IMG/VR virus record: IMGVR_UViG_3300049005_000030
Location: 37,154 to 101,153 of that record
Length of the DNA: 64,000 nt
Reading direction: 5' to 3' (one strand)
Source of the DNA: a virus
Shown here: positions 28,429 through 38,753 of the stretch, piece after piece
Numbering within the stretch: position 1 is the stretch's first letter
How the letters are laid out: each line of letters begins with the position of its first letter
Translations under genes and position numbers: made by a program
Notes under the pieces: model-generated
What the model saw: the letters and a program-made list of their open reading frames with translations, nothing else
What the model was told of the DNA's origin: nothing
The model's database searches: none

Positions 28429-29079
28429 CTACTTGCCAGTAGCCTTTCGAGCCGCCCGCTCCTTCTCGCGCATCTCGCGGCCGAACTTCTCGTCGTCCTT
28501 GCGGATCTTCTTGCGCAGCGCCCGGTAGAACTTCGTGCCCCTCAGCCACTCGCGCGGGTCCTCCGCGTACGCCTGGTCCTGCACGTCGTCCGGCGCGTTC
28601 GAGAAGACCCCCAGGTAGCCGCTATGGAGGTCGTAGGCGTTGCGCTCCAGCATCCGCAACAGATTGCGCGCGTGCTCCGGGTGCATGTCCTTGAGCAGCA
28701 ACGTCTTGCCGTCGCGGGAGCGCCACCACACCCTCTGCTCCATCAGCCGGTGCAACGGCACCTCGGCCGGCGGCGGCGGCCCGTCCACCTCGCCCCGCCA
28801 CAGGTAGGCGTCCGTGCGCCGCTTGCGGTAGTCGGACTCCGCCTCGGTCAGCGGGCGCGCCTTGGTGGAGATCACGTAACGCACGTGCGTGTTGGGCTCG
28901 GCGTCGTGCAGGTGGTTCAGGTCGACGTCCTTCTGCTTGACCGTCCAGCCAGTGGTCAGCTCCGTCAGGGCGAACCGAAGCTCACTCTCGTTGAACGTGG
29001 CGCACATGCTGTCCAGCTTCTGGACCAGTGCGGCGGTGAACTCGTCCAGGAACTTGTCCCGGTCGGACTGGTAGGTCAT
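28429..29079 (-). CDS. Hypothetical protein
   Basis: W.SRDG....L.DM...H..NL..ML motif; ATGA-coupled. Confidence 0.55.
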   Translation of the reverse strand: MTYQSDRDKFLDEFTAALVQKLDSMCATFNESELRFALTELTTGWTVKQKDVDLNHLHDAEPNTHVRYVISTKARPLTEAESDYRKRRTDAYLWRGEVDGPPPPAEVPLHRLMEQRVWWRSRDGKTLLLKDMHPEHARNLLRMLERNAYDLHSGYLGVFSNAPDDVQDQAYAEDPREWLRGTKFYRALRKKIRKDDEKFGREMREKERAARKATGK

Positions 29080-29348
29080 CGGCTCGAACCTCCATTGACG
29101 GTGGTGACCATGAGCACGGCGCCGCCATCGAAGGCGGGCTGGTCGGCCTCGGTGTCGGTGACGATCAGGTGGCCCCGGTTCACCTCGCGGGTGAACAGGC
29201 GGGCGGTGCGTGAGGGAAGCGGGACGGCGCGGCGACCGGCCAGCAGGTAGGGCTGACGGTGGGTCGCGACGTCGGCGGCCAGCTGGCCGCAGGCGGCGGA
29301 TTCGAGCAGCGCCGAGGTGACCAGGCGCCGCAACTCGGGAAGCCTCAT
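29076..29348 (-). CDS. Hypothetical protein (leaderless)
   Basis: ATG 6 nt after -10 TATGGT. Confidence 0.5.
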   Translation of the reverse strand: MRLPELRRLVTSALLESAACGQLAADVATHRQPYLLAGRRAVPLPSRTARLFTREVNRGHLIVTDTEADQPAFDGGAVLMVTTVNGGSSR

Positions 29349-29354
29349 ACGTCA

Positions 29355-29384
29355 ACCATAGCCGGTCAAACACCGGCTAGTCAA
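29355..29384 (-). promoter_or_regulatory. Palindrome promoter copy 6
   Basis: TTGACT-18-TATGGT, leaderless ATG. Confidence 0.82.
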
Positions 29385-29555
29385 TAGACTACTGTTGCGC
29401 TATACCCCCTGATCAGTCACCCTTTCCTGGTGGTGGGTGCGCGGCCGCTCACGGGATGCCTCTCAGCCAGCGGAACCTAGTCGTCAGGTGCGTGCCCACC
29501 CCGCATACGAGACAGCCCCCCGGGCACGCACCGGGGGGCTGTTCCGCGTCAGCGA

Positions 29556-30299
29556 TCAGAACGGAATCGGGTCCTGCGTCTCGATCGGCTTCGGGCGCGG
29601 CTTGACCGGCCACCCCTCGGCCTCCGACTCGATCCGCGCCGCCTCCGTCGGGTCGCTCCGCCGCTTCCAAGCCGCGAAATCCAGGGTCTGCGCCCGATAC
29701 TTGTCCGCCGTCCACCCCTGCAACTCCGCCAACGTCATCGACGAGACCGGGTGCATGCCACCGAACTTCCATGCCAGCCGCGCCGAGGCCAACGCGTCGC
29801 CCTTCGCGCTGTGCGCCTCGTCCTCGGTCAGGACGACACCGTGCGTACGGCAGACGTTCATCAGCTGGCGGGCGCCCTTGCCCCGACGAAACTTGAACAG
29901 GGCCTTGTCGATCACCAGCGGGTCGACGAAGTGCGGCGTGCGCAAGCTGGCCGTGCCGAGATACCGGTCAGCCTCGGCCAGCAGCAGCGTCCAGTCGAAC
30001 GGGACGTTGTAGACCACCAGCGGCTCACCCTGCGGTATCGCCTCGATCGCGGCCAGGATGTCCTCTACCACCTCGACCGCCGGCCGGCCGTGCGCCTGGG
30101 CATACTCGGTCGAGATGCCGTGCACCTTCGCCGCGCCCTCGGAGATCTCGATGCCGGGGTCGGCCAGCCACTCCATCACCACCGGCTCCGTGCCGCGCTC
30201 CAGCCGCAGCAGTGCGGCCGTCACGATCCGGTCGGTGTGCACGTCCACGCCGGTCGTCTCGGTGTCGAACGACCACATGGCCCCGTCGCGCCAGGTCAC
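29556..30299 (-). CDS. DnaQ-like 3'-5' exonuclease (Pol III epsilon family)
   Basis: FDTETTGVD...DRIVTA, YNVPFD, VDPLVID, AHSA.GDA. Confidence 0.88.
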   Translation of the reverse strand: MTWRDGAMWSFDTETTGVDVHTDRIVTAALLRLERGTEPVVMEWLADPGIEISEGAAKVHGISTEYAQAHGRPAVEVVEDILAAIEAIPQGEPLVVYNVPFDWTLLLAEADRYLGTASLRTPHFVDPLVIDKALFKFRRGKGARQLMNVCRTHGVVLTEDEAHSAKGDALASARLAWKFGGMHPVSSMTLAELQGWTADKYRAQTLDFAAWKRRSDPTEAARIESEAEGWPVKPRPKPIETQDPIPF

Positions 30300-30544
30300 G
30301 CCACGCTCTCCGCGTTCTCGTCCTCGATCTCCAGACCGACGGCCTTGGCCCACGACCGCGCCATCGCGTCGTCCTCGCCGTCCAACTCCATGGACGCCAT
30401 CACTGCGAACGCGGCGGCCTGGGAGCCCTCGAAGCAGGCGGCGGCCAGTGCGGCGCCGGTGGCCGCGTCCCAGGGGGTCTCTATCCCGTCCTGGATGTCC
30501 TTGATGATGCTCGATCCCAGCTCGAACAGTTCCGGTCCGGTCAT
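30296..30544 (-). CDS. Hypothetical acidic protein
   Basis: Operon packing. Confidence 0.45.
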   Translation of the reverse strand: MTGPELFELGSSIIKDIQDGIETPWDAATGAALAAACFEGSQAAAFAVMASMELDGEDDAMARSWAKAVGLEIEDENAESVA

Positions 30545-30550
30545 GTCTCG

Positions 30551-30907
30551 TTACTCCCTCTCGTCATCCCCCGGCGCTTGCCGGGGAGTCTCGGTGACGG
30601 CGGCCCACATGCGGGCCACCGCGTCATGGATGTCCGCCGTGGCGGCGTAGGGGAAGGTGCCGACGTAGCCGGCGTGCAGCCCGGCCACGCCCAACCGGTC
30701 GAGGGTGCCGCGCTGCGGGTCCAGGTGCGCGGCCTCCACGGTGTCGCCCCGGAACGCCGAGGTGCCGGTGACCTGGTTGACCTCGTAGGTGCCCACCACC
30801 AGCCATGCCACCACGGGCGTGAGCCGATAGGACTGATCCCCGGCCAGCCAGACGTGCACCAGCCCCGGGCCGGCCGGGATCACCTGGTCGATCTGGTCGT
30901 GCGTCAC
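30551..30907 (-). CDS. Hypothetical protein
   Basis: GTGA-coupled to helicase. Confidence 0.45.
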   Translation of the reverse strand: MTHDQIDQVIPAGPGLVHVWLAGDQSYRLTPVVAWLVVGTYEVNQVTGTSAFRGDTVEAAHLDPQRGTLDRLGVAGLHAGYVGTFPYAATADIHDAVARMWAAVTETPRQAPGDDERE

Positions 30908-33267
30908 GCGCCCACCTTCCATGACCCCACCGGCTGGCCGAGCCGGACGGCCTCGGCCTCGATCAGACGCTGGAACGGCAACTCGACCGCACCCTGGCCG
31001 CCCTTGATGCGACGCAAGTCCTCTTCGGTCGGCGCGTCGTCGACCAAGCCCAGCTTGGCCGGGTCGATGCCGTGGGTGGCGATCACCGAGGCGATCACCG
31101 AGCGGCGACTGTCCAGCGCGCCGTACACGTCGAAGTCGGCGGTGCCGGTGGCGAGCAGGTGCACCATCACCACCGGCCGGGTCTGGCCGGGCCGGTCCAG
31201 CCGCTTGCGCGCCTGGTCGTAGTCGGACAGCGAGTAGCCCAGCGAGTACCAGACGGCCACCCGGGCTCGGGTCAGGTCGACGCCGGTGCCGCCCGACTGG
31301 ATCTGCACACCGACGATGTCCGCGTCGGGATTCATCTCGGACTCATAGGTCAGCCCGTCATGGCGGCGCCCGGACACCTCGGCGTAGCGCAGGCCGGCGG
31401 CCTCGGCGGTCTCGCGCACCACGTCCAGGTCGGAGCGGAAGCGGCAGAACACCACCGTGGGCTCCGGCTCGTGGTCATCGGTGCGCGAGCATCCGACCTC
31501 GTCCAGCACCTCGGCGAGCAGCTCGGCCTTGCCCTTGGACACCCGGATGCGGTTGCCCTCGTCGTCGATGACGGTGCCGCCGGTCAGCTGTTGCAGGCGC
31601 AACAACTTGACCATGATGTTGGCCGGGGTGACGGTCGAGCCCTCTTCGCGGATGCGCTCGTGCATCCCGCCGATCACACCACCGCCGAAGATGGGATCGG
31701 TCGGGGTGATGCTCTCGAACTCTTCGCGGGCCAGCGCGTCCAGTTCCTCGTCCAGTTGGCGCAGCACGGCCGCGTTGGCCACCCCGCCGCCGAAACCGGA
31801 CAGGTCGGCCCACAGCTCCTGATCCAGTGAGTCGTAGACCTTCTGGGCGTCGGCTTCCAGCTCGAACTCGCGGGTGATGTCGGTGACCGCCGGCAGGTCC
31901 AGGTCGATCACCGGAAGGTAGGTGATCGAAAAGAACTTCCGCGCCATGTCCACCACGTTGCGGTAGCCCACCACCATCTCCTCCACGTGCGGATTGGTGA
32001 TGGCGTAGGTGGAACGGAACAGCGACCAGGACAGGCCGAAGATGCCCGGGTCCAACGCCCGGAAGATGCCGAAGATGTCCAGTGGCGTCTGTGGCATCGG
32101 CGTGCCGGTCAGCCCGATCCGCTTGGCGGTGAAACCCACCCACTGGGCAAGCGCCCCGGATTGCGTGTAGCCGCCGTTGCTGGTCTTCACCTTGTGCGAC
32201 TTGATGCGGTGGACCTCGTCGTAGACGGCCACGTCGATGCGCTGCGGCGGCCGCCAGGTCTGCCACGGCTCGCGGGCGAACGCCTCGTAGTTGACGACCA
32301 CGGCGTGCACCAGCGCGCCACACGTGCAGTCGAACAGGCACTCTTCGGCCTCGTGCAGCCGCTGGGCCAGCTTGAGCGACACCCGACCGTGCCGGGCCCG
32401 CTTGGACAGCTTCGAGCCGTCGACGATGTGCCAGTCCAGGGCGGAGAACTTGCGCACCTCGCGCGGCCAGACACCGCGCACCTTGTTCGGGCACACGATG
32501 ACCACCCGCTGCGGGCCGTCCTCGCGCGCCTTGAGGTTGATCGCGGTGATGGTCGACAGCGTCTTGCCGCCGCCCATGCCGATCGCGTGCAGGCTGGCGA
32601 CGGAGTCCAGGGCGAACCGCGCCGAGCGGCGCTGGTGGTCCCACAGCGAGAACTGCGGCCGAATCAGGCCGGTGGTGTCGAAGTCGGGCAGCGGCTCCGA
32701 CTCGTCCAGCGCCACCTGTCGCTGCCCGCGTCCGTTGTGGTCGGCGGCCAGCTCGACCACCCGCTTGCCGACCGAGAGGCGTTGGCCGGCGAACAGGTCG
32801 AGCAGCGCGGCAGCGTTGGCCGGGGACACCGGGTAGTGCCACTCGAACTTGCCGTTGGTCGGGTCCTTGTACGGCTTCGCGCCGTAGATCATCTTGAGCT
32901 GGGTACTGAACCGGTGTGGCGCGGACACCCCGATGCGCGGGCCGGAGTTGACCCCGCGCGAGTCGGTATAGGCGCACACCCGCACCAGCACGTCGGAGGT
33001 CGGGCCGGCCGGCGGCCTCGGCCCCGGGCTGGAGGTCTGCGGCTCCGGCGACGGCGGCGCGGCCGGCAGCGGGATGCCGGCCGCGTGCAGCTCGGTCGCG
33101 TACCGGGTCAGAAGGCGGTGCGCGGCGCGGCGCTGGCGCTCGGTCAACGTGGCGCCGCGCCGGGCCACCGAGGCGATCGAGGCGGCGTGGCTCAGTTCGG
33201 AGTAGCCGATGATGTTGCCGTGGTCCAGGGCAGCCATCAGCGCCATGGCGATGGGGTCTGCGGTCAC
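30904..33267 (-). CDS. SNF2-related superfamily 2 helicase
   Basis: MGGGKT, VVNYE, YDEVH, GLTGTP, LRLQQ, SGGTGVDL, QARKRLDRPGQ. Confidence 0.9.
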   Translation of the reverse strand: MTADPIAMALMAALDHGNIIGYSELSHAASIASVARRGATLTERQRRAAHRLLTRYATELHAAGIPLPAAPPSPEPQTSSPGPRPPAGPTSDVLVRVCAYTDSRGVNSGPRIGVSAPHRFSTQLKMIYGAKPYKDPTNGKFEWHYPVSPANAAALLDLFAGQRLSVGKRVVELAADHNGRGQRQVALDESEPLPDFDTTGLIRPQFSLWDHQRRSARFALDSVASLHAIGMGGGKTLSTITAINLKAREDGPQRVVIVCPNKVRGVWPREVRKFSALDWHIVDGSKLSKRARHGRVSLKLAQRLHEAEECLFDCTCGALVHAVVVNYEAFAREPWQTWRPPQRIDVAVYDEVHRIKSHKVKTSNGGYTQSGALAQWVGFTAKRIGLTGTPMPQTPLDIFGIFRALDPGIFGLSWSLFRSTYAITNPHVEEMVVGYRNVVDMARKFFSITYLPVIDLDLPAVTDITREFELEADAQKVYDSLDQELWADLSGFGGGVANAAVLRQLDEELDALAREEFESITPTDPIFGGGVIGGMHERIREEGSTVTPANIMVKLLRLQQLTGGTVIDDEGNRIRVSKGKAELLAEVLDEVGCSRTDDHEPEPTVVFCRFRSDLDVVRETAEAAGLRYAEVSGRRHDGLTYESEMNPDADIVGVQIQSGGTGVDLTRARVAVWYSLGYSLSDYDQARKRLDRPGQTRPVVMVHLLATGTADFDVYGALDSRRSVIASVIATHGIDPAKLGLVDDAPTEEDLRRIKGGQGAVELPFQRLIEAEAVRLGQPVGSWKVGA

Positions 33268-33476
33268 CGGCCCACCGCCGTGATGTAGCTGACGCCCGTA
33301 CGCGGCCACCAGACGTCTTCGCCATCGCAGTCCAGCAGCAGACCCTCGTCCGTGATGACCGCGATACTGCCGATGCGGCCGCCGTTACTGGGGTCGACCC
33401 ACACGGTGACCGTGTCGCCGGTGGTGAACGGGCCCGTCCAGCCCCAGGACCGTGTCGCGTTGCGACTCATCTTCAT
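33264..33476 (-). CDS. Small hypothetical protein
   Basis: Coupled on both sides. Confidence 0.45.
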   Translation of the reverse strand: MKMSRNATRSWGWTGPFTTGDTVTVWVDPSNGGRIGSIAVITDEGLLLDCDGEDVWWPRTGVSYITAVGR

Positions 33477-34195
33477 CTCCACTCCGTCCAGGTCGAGGTG
33501 CAACCGTCCACACGGCAGGCGCGGCCCACGCGGTCGCGGGTCGGGGCCTGGGTGACCAGGTGCTCACCGACGTGGCCCTGCTGGCAGTCGGTAAGCAGTC
33601 GGAACGGCCGCTTGAGCGCCGGCAGTGCGGCGCAGGCGGCCAACGTGGTGCCGAACGTGTGTTCGCCGATGGCCAGCAGCACCTCGTCGCGAGCCTGCTC
33701 GGCCGGCGCCACGACCGTCTCCCAGTAGTCGGGGTCGATCGTGCGGCGCGCCTTGAGCATGTCGAGCTGGAACCGGGCTTCGAACAGCCGGCCAGCCAGG
33801 GCCGGCGGCAGGGCTTCCTTGTTCCCGGCGGTGATGCTCCCGCGCTCGATCAGGTGCGCCCGGAGTCGACCCAGCTCGGCCTCGGCGTCCTCCCAGGCGG
33901 TGTCCCGCGTGGGCGACTCGGCTGCGGCCTCAATCTCCGGGGCCGGTGGCGGCGCGGGCAGGTGATGCTGTTCGGCGCGGATGTGGCTGAGCAGGACTTG
34001 GGTCCGAACCAGGGCGGTGACGCCCAGGGACGCGCCGATCCACAGGGGCAGGGCGAGAATCGCGGGGAACCCGAGGGCAACGACACCGACCACGGGAACG
34101 ATCATCAGCAGCCAGATCAGTATGACCAGACCGAACGGCAGGCGGTATCGGCGGCGCCCCACGGGTACCTCCCCTCGAATACGCAACATGGGCAT
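33473..34195 (-). CDS. Membrane protein with C-terminal Cys/His cluster
   Basis: Two N-terminal TM segments; downstream of promoter 34208-34237. Confidence 0.5.
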   Translation of the reverse strand: MPMLRIRGEVPVGRRRYRLPFGLVILIWLLMIVPVVGVVALGFPAILALPLWIGASLGVTALVRTQVLLSHIRAEQHHLPAPPPAPEIEAAAESPTRDTAWEDAEAELGRLRAHLIERGSITAGNKEALPPALAGRLFEARFQLDMLKARRTIDPDYWETVVAPAEQARDEVLLAIGEHTFGTTLAACAALPALKRPFRLLTDCQQGHVGEHLVTQAPTRDRVGRACRVDGCTSTWTEWR

Positions 34196-34207
34196 GGACG
34201 GTATCGT

Positions 34208-34237
34208 AGCCTAGCCGGTGATCTACCGGCTATATGT
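34208..34237 (-). promoter_or_regulatory. Palindrome promoter copy 7
   Basis: Perfect palindrome arms, -10 TAGGCT, poor -35. Confidence 0.65.
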
Positions 34238-34610
34238 TCAGGTCCGTGGCGGCCGGTGGCATCGCGTAGGCCCGCAGCAGGAACACCACTTCATACGGGA
34301 GCGTTGACGGGAACGTCATGCGATCGGTCACCACCGGCAGCATGTGCAGCGGCCCTTCCGAATCCGGCTCCGACAGCGCCAGGCGCACCCTGCCCATGGC
34401 CACGATCATCAGGCGCTGCTGAGCGGCCGACATCCACAGCATGTCCACCAACTGATTGATCACCTCGGAGCGGTTTTCTCGCGTCGCCTTGCCCCAGTAC
34501 ACGGCCGAGACCCGGATACTGTTGGTCAGCACCCGCAGATGATCCGGCGTCCAGCCGTTCACCAACGCCATGGCGATCTGCCCGAACAGCGTCGACTCGT
34601 CGATCTTCAT
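34230..34610 (-). CDS. Hypothetical protein
   Basis: MKIDESTLFG start; stop lies in promoter palindrome. Confidence 0.45.
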   Translation of the reverse strand: MKIDESTLFGQIAMALVNGWTPDHLRVLTNSIRVSAVYWGKATRENRSEVINQLVDMLWMSAAQQRLMIVAMGRVRLALSEPDSEGPLHMLPVVTDRMTFPSTLPYEVVFLLRAYAMPPAATDLNI

Positions 34611-34660
34611 TCGCAGTCGACCGTCATCGCCGACGTACAGATCCGGTTGGCGCGGGCCGC

Positions 34661-35110
34661 TCACCGGCCGGACCCTAGGGCGGGCTTCACCACGTGCGCT
34701 TCGGTCGAAGCGTCGTTCATCAGCCGGTTGAACCACTGCTCGACACCCAGGGAATCCAGATGCCGGGCCTCCCGGATGTAGCGCTCGGCCAGCGGAAGCA
34801 GGCGGTTCGGGTCGTCGGTCGGAATGAATTCGGTGACGATACTGCGCGCCCGCATCTTCATGTCCACGACCATCCACCGCCCCAGGTCCAGAACCAGCTC
34901 GGTGGTCGGGGACTCGGCTCGGTAACCGATCACCGGCATTGCCACGATGCCGTCGATCAATTCGAAGCACGGCCGGGGGATGTCGTAGGCCCGACCGTCA
35001 CGAACGATGTCGACGCTGGTGTAGGCGTACTGGATACCGCCCGGAATGTGCACGGTCACGTAGCCGGTCAGCTTCACTGCGTTCTGTCCTCTCGGTAGCG
35101 GAACGGTCAC
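34661..35110 (-). CDS. Hypothetical protein
   Basis: Downstream of promoter 35115-35144; start uncertain. Confidence 0.45.
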   Translation of the reverse strand: MTVPLPRGQNAVKLTGYVTVHIPGGIQYAYTSVDIVRDGRAYDIPRPCFELIDGIVAMPVIGYRAESPTTELVLDLGRWMVVDMKMRARSIVTEFIPTDDPNRLLPLAERYIREARHLDSLGVEQWFNRLMNDASTEAHVVKPALGSGR

Positions 35111-35114
35111 ACAA

Positions 35115-35144
35115 ACCGTAGCCGACTACCGGGCGGCTAGTCAA
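35115..35144 (-). promoter_or_regulatory. Palindrome promoter copy 8
   Basis: TTGACT-18-TACGGT. Confidence 0.8.
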
Positions 35145-35282
35145 TCGGGTACGTCCGATCCAACCACTCCTCGAACTGGTCCGGCGGCATCGCCACCAAC
35201 TCCACCGGCACCTCGAACGCGTCAGCGATCTCCTGCACCAGCTCGCGTGCCGAATCGCGCAGTGCCTCGTTGTCCACGTCCC

Positions 35283-35738
35283 TCACCTCTCCGTCAGCAC
35301 CGCCGTAACCAGCGCGGCCACGAACAACCAGAACTCATGCCAGCATTGGTCCAGCATCTTTCCGCCAGTGAACGGCGTTCCTGGCATCCCCAGCTGGTGG
35401 AACTCGCTCCTGCCCATCGCTTTGTGCATGGCCTCGGCGGTGTACTCGCGGTCCATGAAGTAGTGGGTGATCGCGCTGACCAGCTGACCGGCGGCCACCG
35501 CCCGCGCCGACAAGCCGAGTCCCAACAGTCGGTTGACGGCCAGCAGCACCACGACCTGGGTGACGGTGTAGCTGGCGACGTGGCCGGCGCATGCCAGTTG
35601 ACCCTCGCGCGTGCGCTGGCCCTTGCGGGTGGCCTGATGGCTGGTTTGCACGTAGTAGTCGCCCACGGCGTGGGCCGTCCGGCCCGCCGCGTAGACGGCA
35701 CAGAACCGGACGGCCCGAATCAGAAGTCGCTTATTCAC
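35283..35738 (-). CDS. DUF3307-like membrane protein
   Basis: HAVGDYYVQT...K, HVASY, HYFMD, DQCWH. Confidence 0.7.
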   Translation of the reverse strand: MNKRLLIRAVRFCAVYAAGRTAHAVGDYYVQTSHQATRKGQRTREGQLACAGHVASYTVTQVVVLLAVNRLLGLGLSARAVAAGQLVSAITHYFMDREYTAEAMHKAMGRSEFHQLGMPGTPFTGGKMLDQCWHEFWLFVAALVTAVLTER

Positions 35739-35878
35739 CGGGTAATCATCTAACCCGGCGCGGCCGCAGTCTGCGCCATGTGACACACAACGCGTAGCTG
35801 ACAAAACCCGCGAGCAGGGCGACCAGCCCAGCCGCCACGTAGCCGGCGACGGCCATCCACAGCAGCAGCCAGCCCAGG

Positions 35879-36148
35879 TCACTCACCGGGCAGGCCCAGC
35901 GGCAGCTGCGGGTCCGGCGCCACGGTCAGGGTCGGCTTGGCCACCCCCGGCTTCGGGTTGGCCTCGTACCAGGCTTCGGCCTCCATGACCGCGTCCAGGT
36001 ACGAGCCGTCGCCCTGGTAGTACGCCGAATTGATCTTGTCTCGGGTCGCCTTCGGCAACCGATACCAGTCGGTACGGCAGGCGAACAGGCTGGTGGGAAT
36101 CGTCCGGCCACACCCCGGCGCTGGGCACTCGTGCTGGTTGGGCTTCAT
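35879..36148 (-). CDS. Small Zn-finger-like protein
   Basis: HECP..GC...FAC..DW..LP. Confidence 0.55.
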   Translation of the reverse strand: MKPNQHECPAPGCGRTIPTSLFACRTDWYRLPKATRDKINSAYYQGDGSYLDAVMEAEAWYEANPKPGVAKPTLTVAPDPQLPLGLPGE

Positions 36149-37491
36149 CGGTCCTCGCTCGGCGACTTCGCGTACACCGTCCACACGCCAAGATGACCGG
36201 TCACCTTCTGCACCCAATCCGCCGCCGCGTCGATGCACTCGATACGGCCGCAGCAGTTCACCGAGGCGCTCGACACCTCCGGGTCGTAGATCGTCGGCCA
36301 GCCCACCGTGCCCTTGACCTCGGCGTGCGGGTCCTCCCACTGCACGTTCGCTTCCAACGTGGCAGCACGAGCCAGAAGTCTCGCCGCGACCTGACGTAAC
36401 TGGGCGGCGTCCAGGGCGACGCTGGGACCGTCGCTGTCGACGTACACCGACAGTAGGGCCGTCACCTCGCCGTCCTTGGTCGGCTCCAGCACCAGGTGAT
36501 AGTCACTGCCGTTCGCGTCGTGCCACGTCTGCCCACCCAGCGCCGCCTCACCCGTGGGCGGGACCCGCTCAACCAGCCTTTCCAGGTAGTCCATGCGATT
36601 GAACATGGTGCGCTCGACAGTGGCCGGAAACGCCCGATGGAAGTCCAGAATCTCGTCGATGCGCTCGATCATCGCCCGCGCGTTGGTCGCCCAGTGCGTC
36701 GCGTCGGTGAGGCTGACGTCCCCAGGCAGCCCAGCCCACTTGGCCACCTGCGCCAGGCTCACCGACCCGGGCCGGCGGGCGGCCAGGTCGGCCAGCTCGG
36801 TCAGCATGCGCCGCGCGTCGTCGACGACGCGGCCGCCACGCAGCTCGTAGCCGTTGACCGCAGCGACGGCGCCGACCACGCGCAACACCCCGTCGGCCAC
36901 GGCCGCCCGGTCGATCAGCGTGGAATTCGCGGTCTCCGTCGGCAGACTCATCGCCCCGGCGATCAGACGGGCCAGCGCGCCCTCGGTGTTGTGCTGCACA
37001 ACGGTGCGGTGGCCGTCGACGACGGCGACGTGCAGGGTGTCGCCCGGCTCCAGCGAGAGCGGCTCCGGCAGGACGAACTGGAACGAAACTCCCGGGTTGG
37101 CCTCCACCTTGATCTCGTTGACGAAGTGGCTCGCGGTGATCTCGCAGGTGGGCGCACGCATCACGAACACGAACGGCTGGGTGTCGACGCTGCGCCGCTT
37201 CTCGAACTTGGCGAAGTCGACCGCGCTGCGGATCACGCCACCCATAGTTTCGCCCACGGTCTGACCGAGGTATTGGGCGTCCAGCCAGCGCTGCCACGCC
37301 ACCGGTGGGGACGCGAACATCTCGTCGGGGACCGAGGGGCGCGGCGCCACCGACATGATCATGGCGGCGGAGTGCTGGCGCAGCGTCCGGGCCAGGTCGG
37401 CCGGACGAACACCGGTAGCGACCAGCTCGCGCTCGACCGGTTCGCTGGCGTCCTGCTCGACGACGCTCACGGAAACACGAAAACTACTCAT
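36145..37491 (-). CDS. Hypothetical multi-domain protein
   Basis: 448 aa ORF in operon orientation. Confidence 0.55.
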   Translation of the reverse strand: MSSFRVSVSVVEQDASEPVERELVATGVRPADLARTLRQHSAAMIMSVAPRPSVPDEMFASPPVAWQRWLDAQYLGQTVGETMGGVIRSAVDFAKFEKRRSVDTQPFVFVMRAPTCEITASHFVNEIKVEANPGVSFQFVLPEPLSLEPGDTLHVAVVDGHRTVVQHNTEGALARLIAGAMSLPTETANSTLIDRAAVADGVLRVVGAVAAVNGYELRGGRVVDDARRMLTELADLAARRPGSVSLAQVAKWAGLPGDVSLTDATHWATNARAMIERIDEILDFHRAFPATVERTMFNRMDYLERLVERVPPTGEAALGGQTWHDANGSDYHLVLEPTKDGEVTALLSVYVDSDGPSVALDAAQLRQVAARLLARAATLEANVQWEDPHAEVKGTVGWPTIYDPEVSSASVNCCGRIECIDAAADWVQKVTGHLGVWTVYAKSPSEDR

Positions 37492-37666
37492 CTATATGCC
37501 TCTCGCGGGTGAACAGCGACCGAGACGACCCGATCGCGTGATAAAGGAAGTACGGAACCAACAGCGACGACAGCAGGTACTGCCCCTGGACGAAGCCGGC
37601 CGCGATGGCGATACCCATCACCCACGCCATCGGCGCCCACGGCCGGCGGCGCCCCAGCCGCATCAC
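37484..37666 (-). CDS. Small membrane protein
   Basis: Two hydrophobic stretches; coupled. Confidence 0.4.
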   Translation of the reverse strand: MMRLGRRRPWAPMAWVMGIAIAAGFVQGQYLLSSLLVPYFLYHAIGSSRSLFTRERHIDE

Positions 37667-37920
37667 AACGCACCACCCGACGGCAGGGCCGGCGGCGAAC
37701 CGGGCAGCGCGAGGCGGATCGAGTCCAGCTCGGCGACGGCGACGCTGGCGTGCCCGGAGATCTCCAACACGATGCCGCGCTGCTGGTCGAGCTGAAAACC
37801 GGTGACGGTGCCTGCCACCGGCGGATTCGTACCCGCGATCAGCACCTGCCTGCCCAGCAGCGTGGCCAGCTTGGACATGATCGCGGCGACACCGGCGACC
37901 GCGTCATCGTGCTCGATCAC
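37663..37920 (-). CDS. Hypothetical protein
   Basis: GTGA-coupled. Confidence 0.4.
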   Translation of the reverse strand: MIEHDDAVAGVAAIMSKLATLLGRQVLIAGTNPPVAGTVTGFQLDQQRGIVLEISGHASVAVAELDSIRLALPGSPPALPSGGAL

Positions 37921-38753
37921 GGCAGCTTCTCCAGTGGCACGCCGGTGACGATCGAGACCAGCTTGCGGTGCTCGCTCACCCGGATCTCCGCGACCTTGGC
38001 GGCCGGCACCCCGACCGCCAGCACCCCGGCCGCGCCGAACATGCGCAGCGCCTTCTCCCGGAACGCGGTCATGCTGTGCACATCGCACCCGTCGTAGCAC
38101 TCGTCTCGGTGCAACATCGTGGCCGCGTCGTCCAGCTGATCGGCGTCCACCGTGGTCACCGGGCCCGGCTCGACCTGTATCCGGTGCTGGGAGGCGATCA
38201 GCTTGGGCAGCAGCGAGATGGCCACGTGCGCGCAGGCGTGCGCCACCCAAGCCGACACCGGCTCGTAGTCCTTGCCCTCGCCGTACTCCGAAGGCCACGA
38301 CCGGCGGGCCGCGTACGCGCCCGGATCGGAGGCGGCCAGCGAGAAGCCCTGTTCGACCATGGACAGGTCGGTCACCCGGATCCGCGCCGCCGGGCCCGCC
38401 TGCCGCTTGATCGCGTTGACCGCGTCCTCGATCTCCGCGCCGATGTCGGCCGGGTCGACCCCAAGGCGTTCGCCCATCAGCCGGGTGGCCTCGGCCAGCG
38501 AGATGGGCGGGCGCTGGTCGGCCGGCCGGTCGTCGGTCGAGGAGATGTCGCGCAGCGCGTGGGTGTTGATCTGCTTCCAGGTTTGCCCGGCATCCGGCGT
38601 GCCCTCGCGTACCCAGCAGTAGTCCAGCCGCTCGACCGTGGCCGGCAGGATCCGCAAGTAGCTGATGCCCTCCACCGCGCTGGTCGCTCGGTACACCTTC
38701 GACACAACGGTGGATGGTTGCGGCGACCCGGGCGGGAAAACCTTTTCTGTCAC
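37917..38753 (-). CDS. Hypothetical protein
   Basis: 278 aa, coupled on both sides. Confidence 0.5.
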   Translation of the reverse strand: MTEKVFPPGSPQPSTVVSKVYRATSAVEGISYLRILPATVERLDYCWVREGTPDAGQTWKQINTHALRDISSTDDRPADQRPPISLAEATRLMGERLGVDPADIGAEIEDAVNAIKRQAGPAARIRVTDLSMVEQGFSLAASDPGAYAARRSWPSEYGEGKDYEPVSAWVAHACAHVAISLLPKLIASQHRIQVEPGPVTTVDADQLDDAATMLHRDECYDGCDVHSMTAFREKALRMFGAAGVLAVGVPAAKVAEIRVSEHRKLVSIVTGVPLEKLP

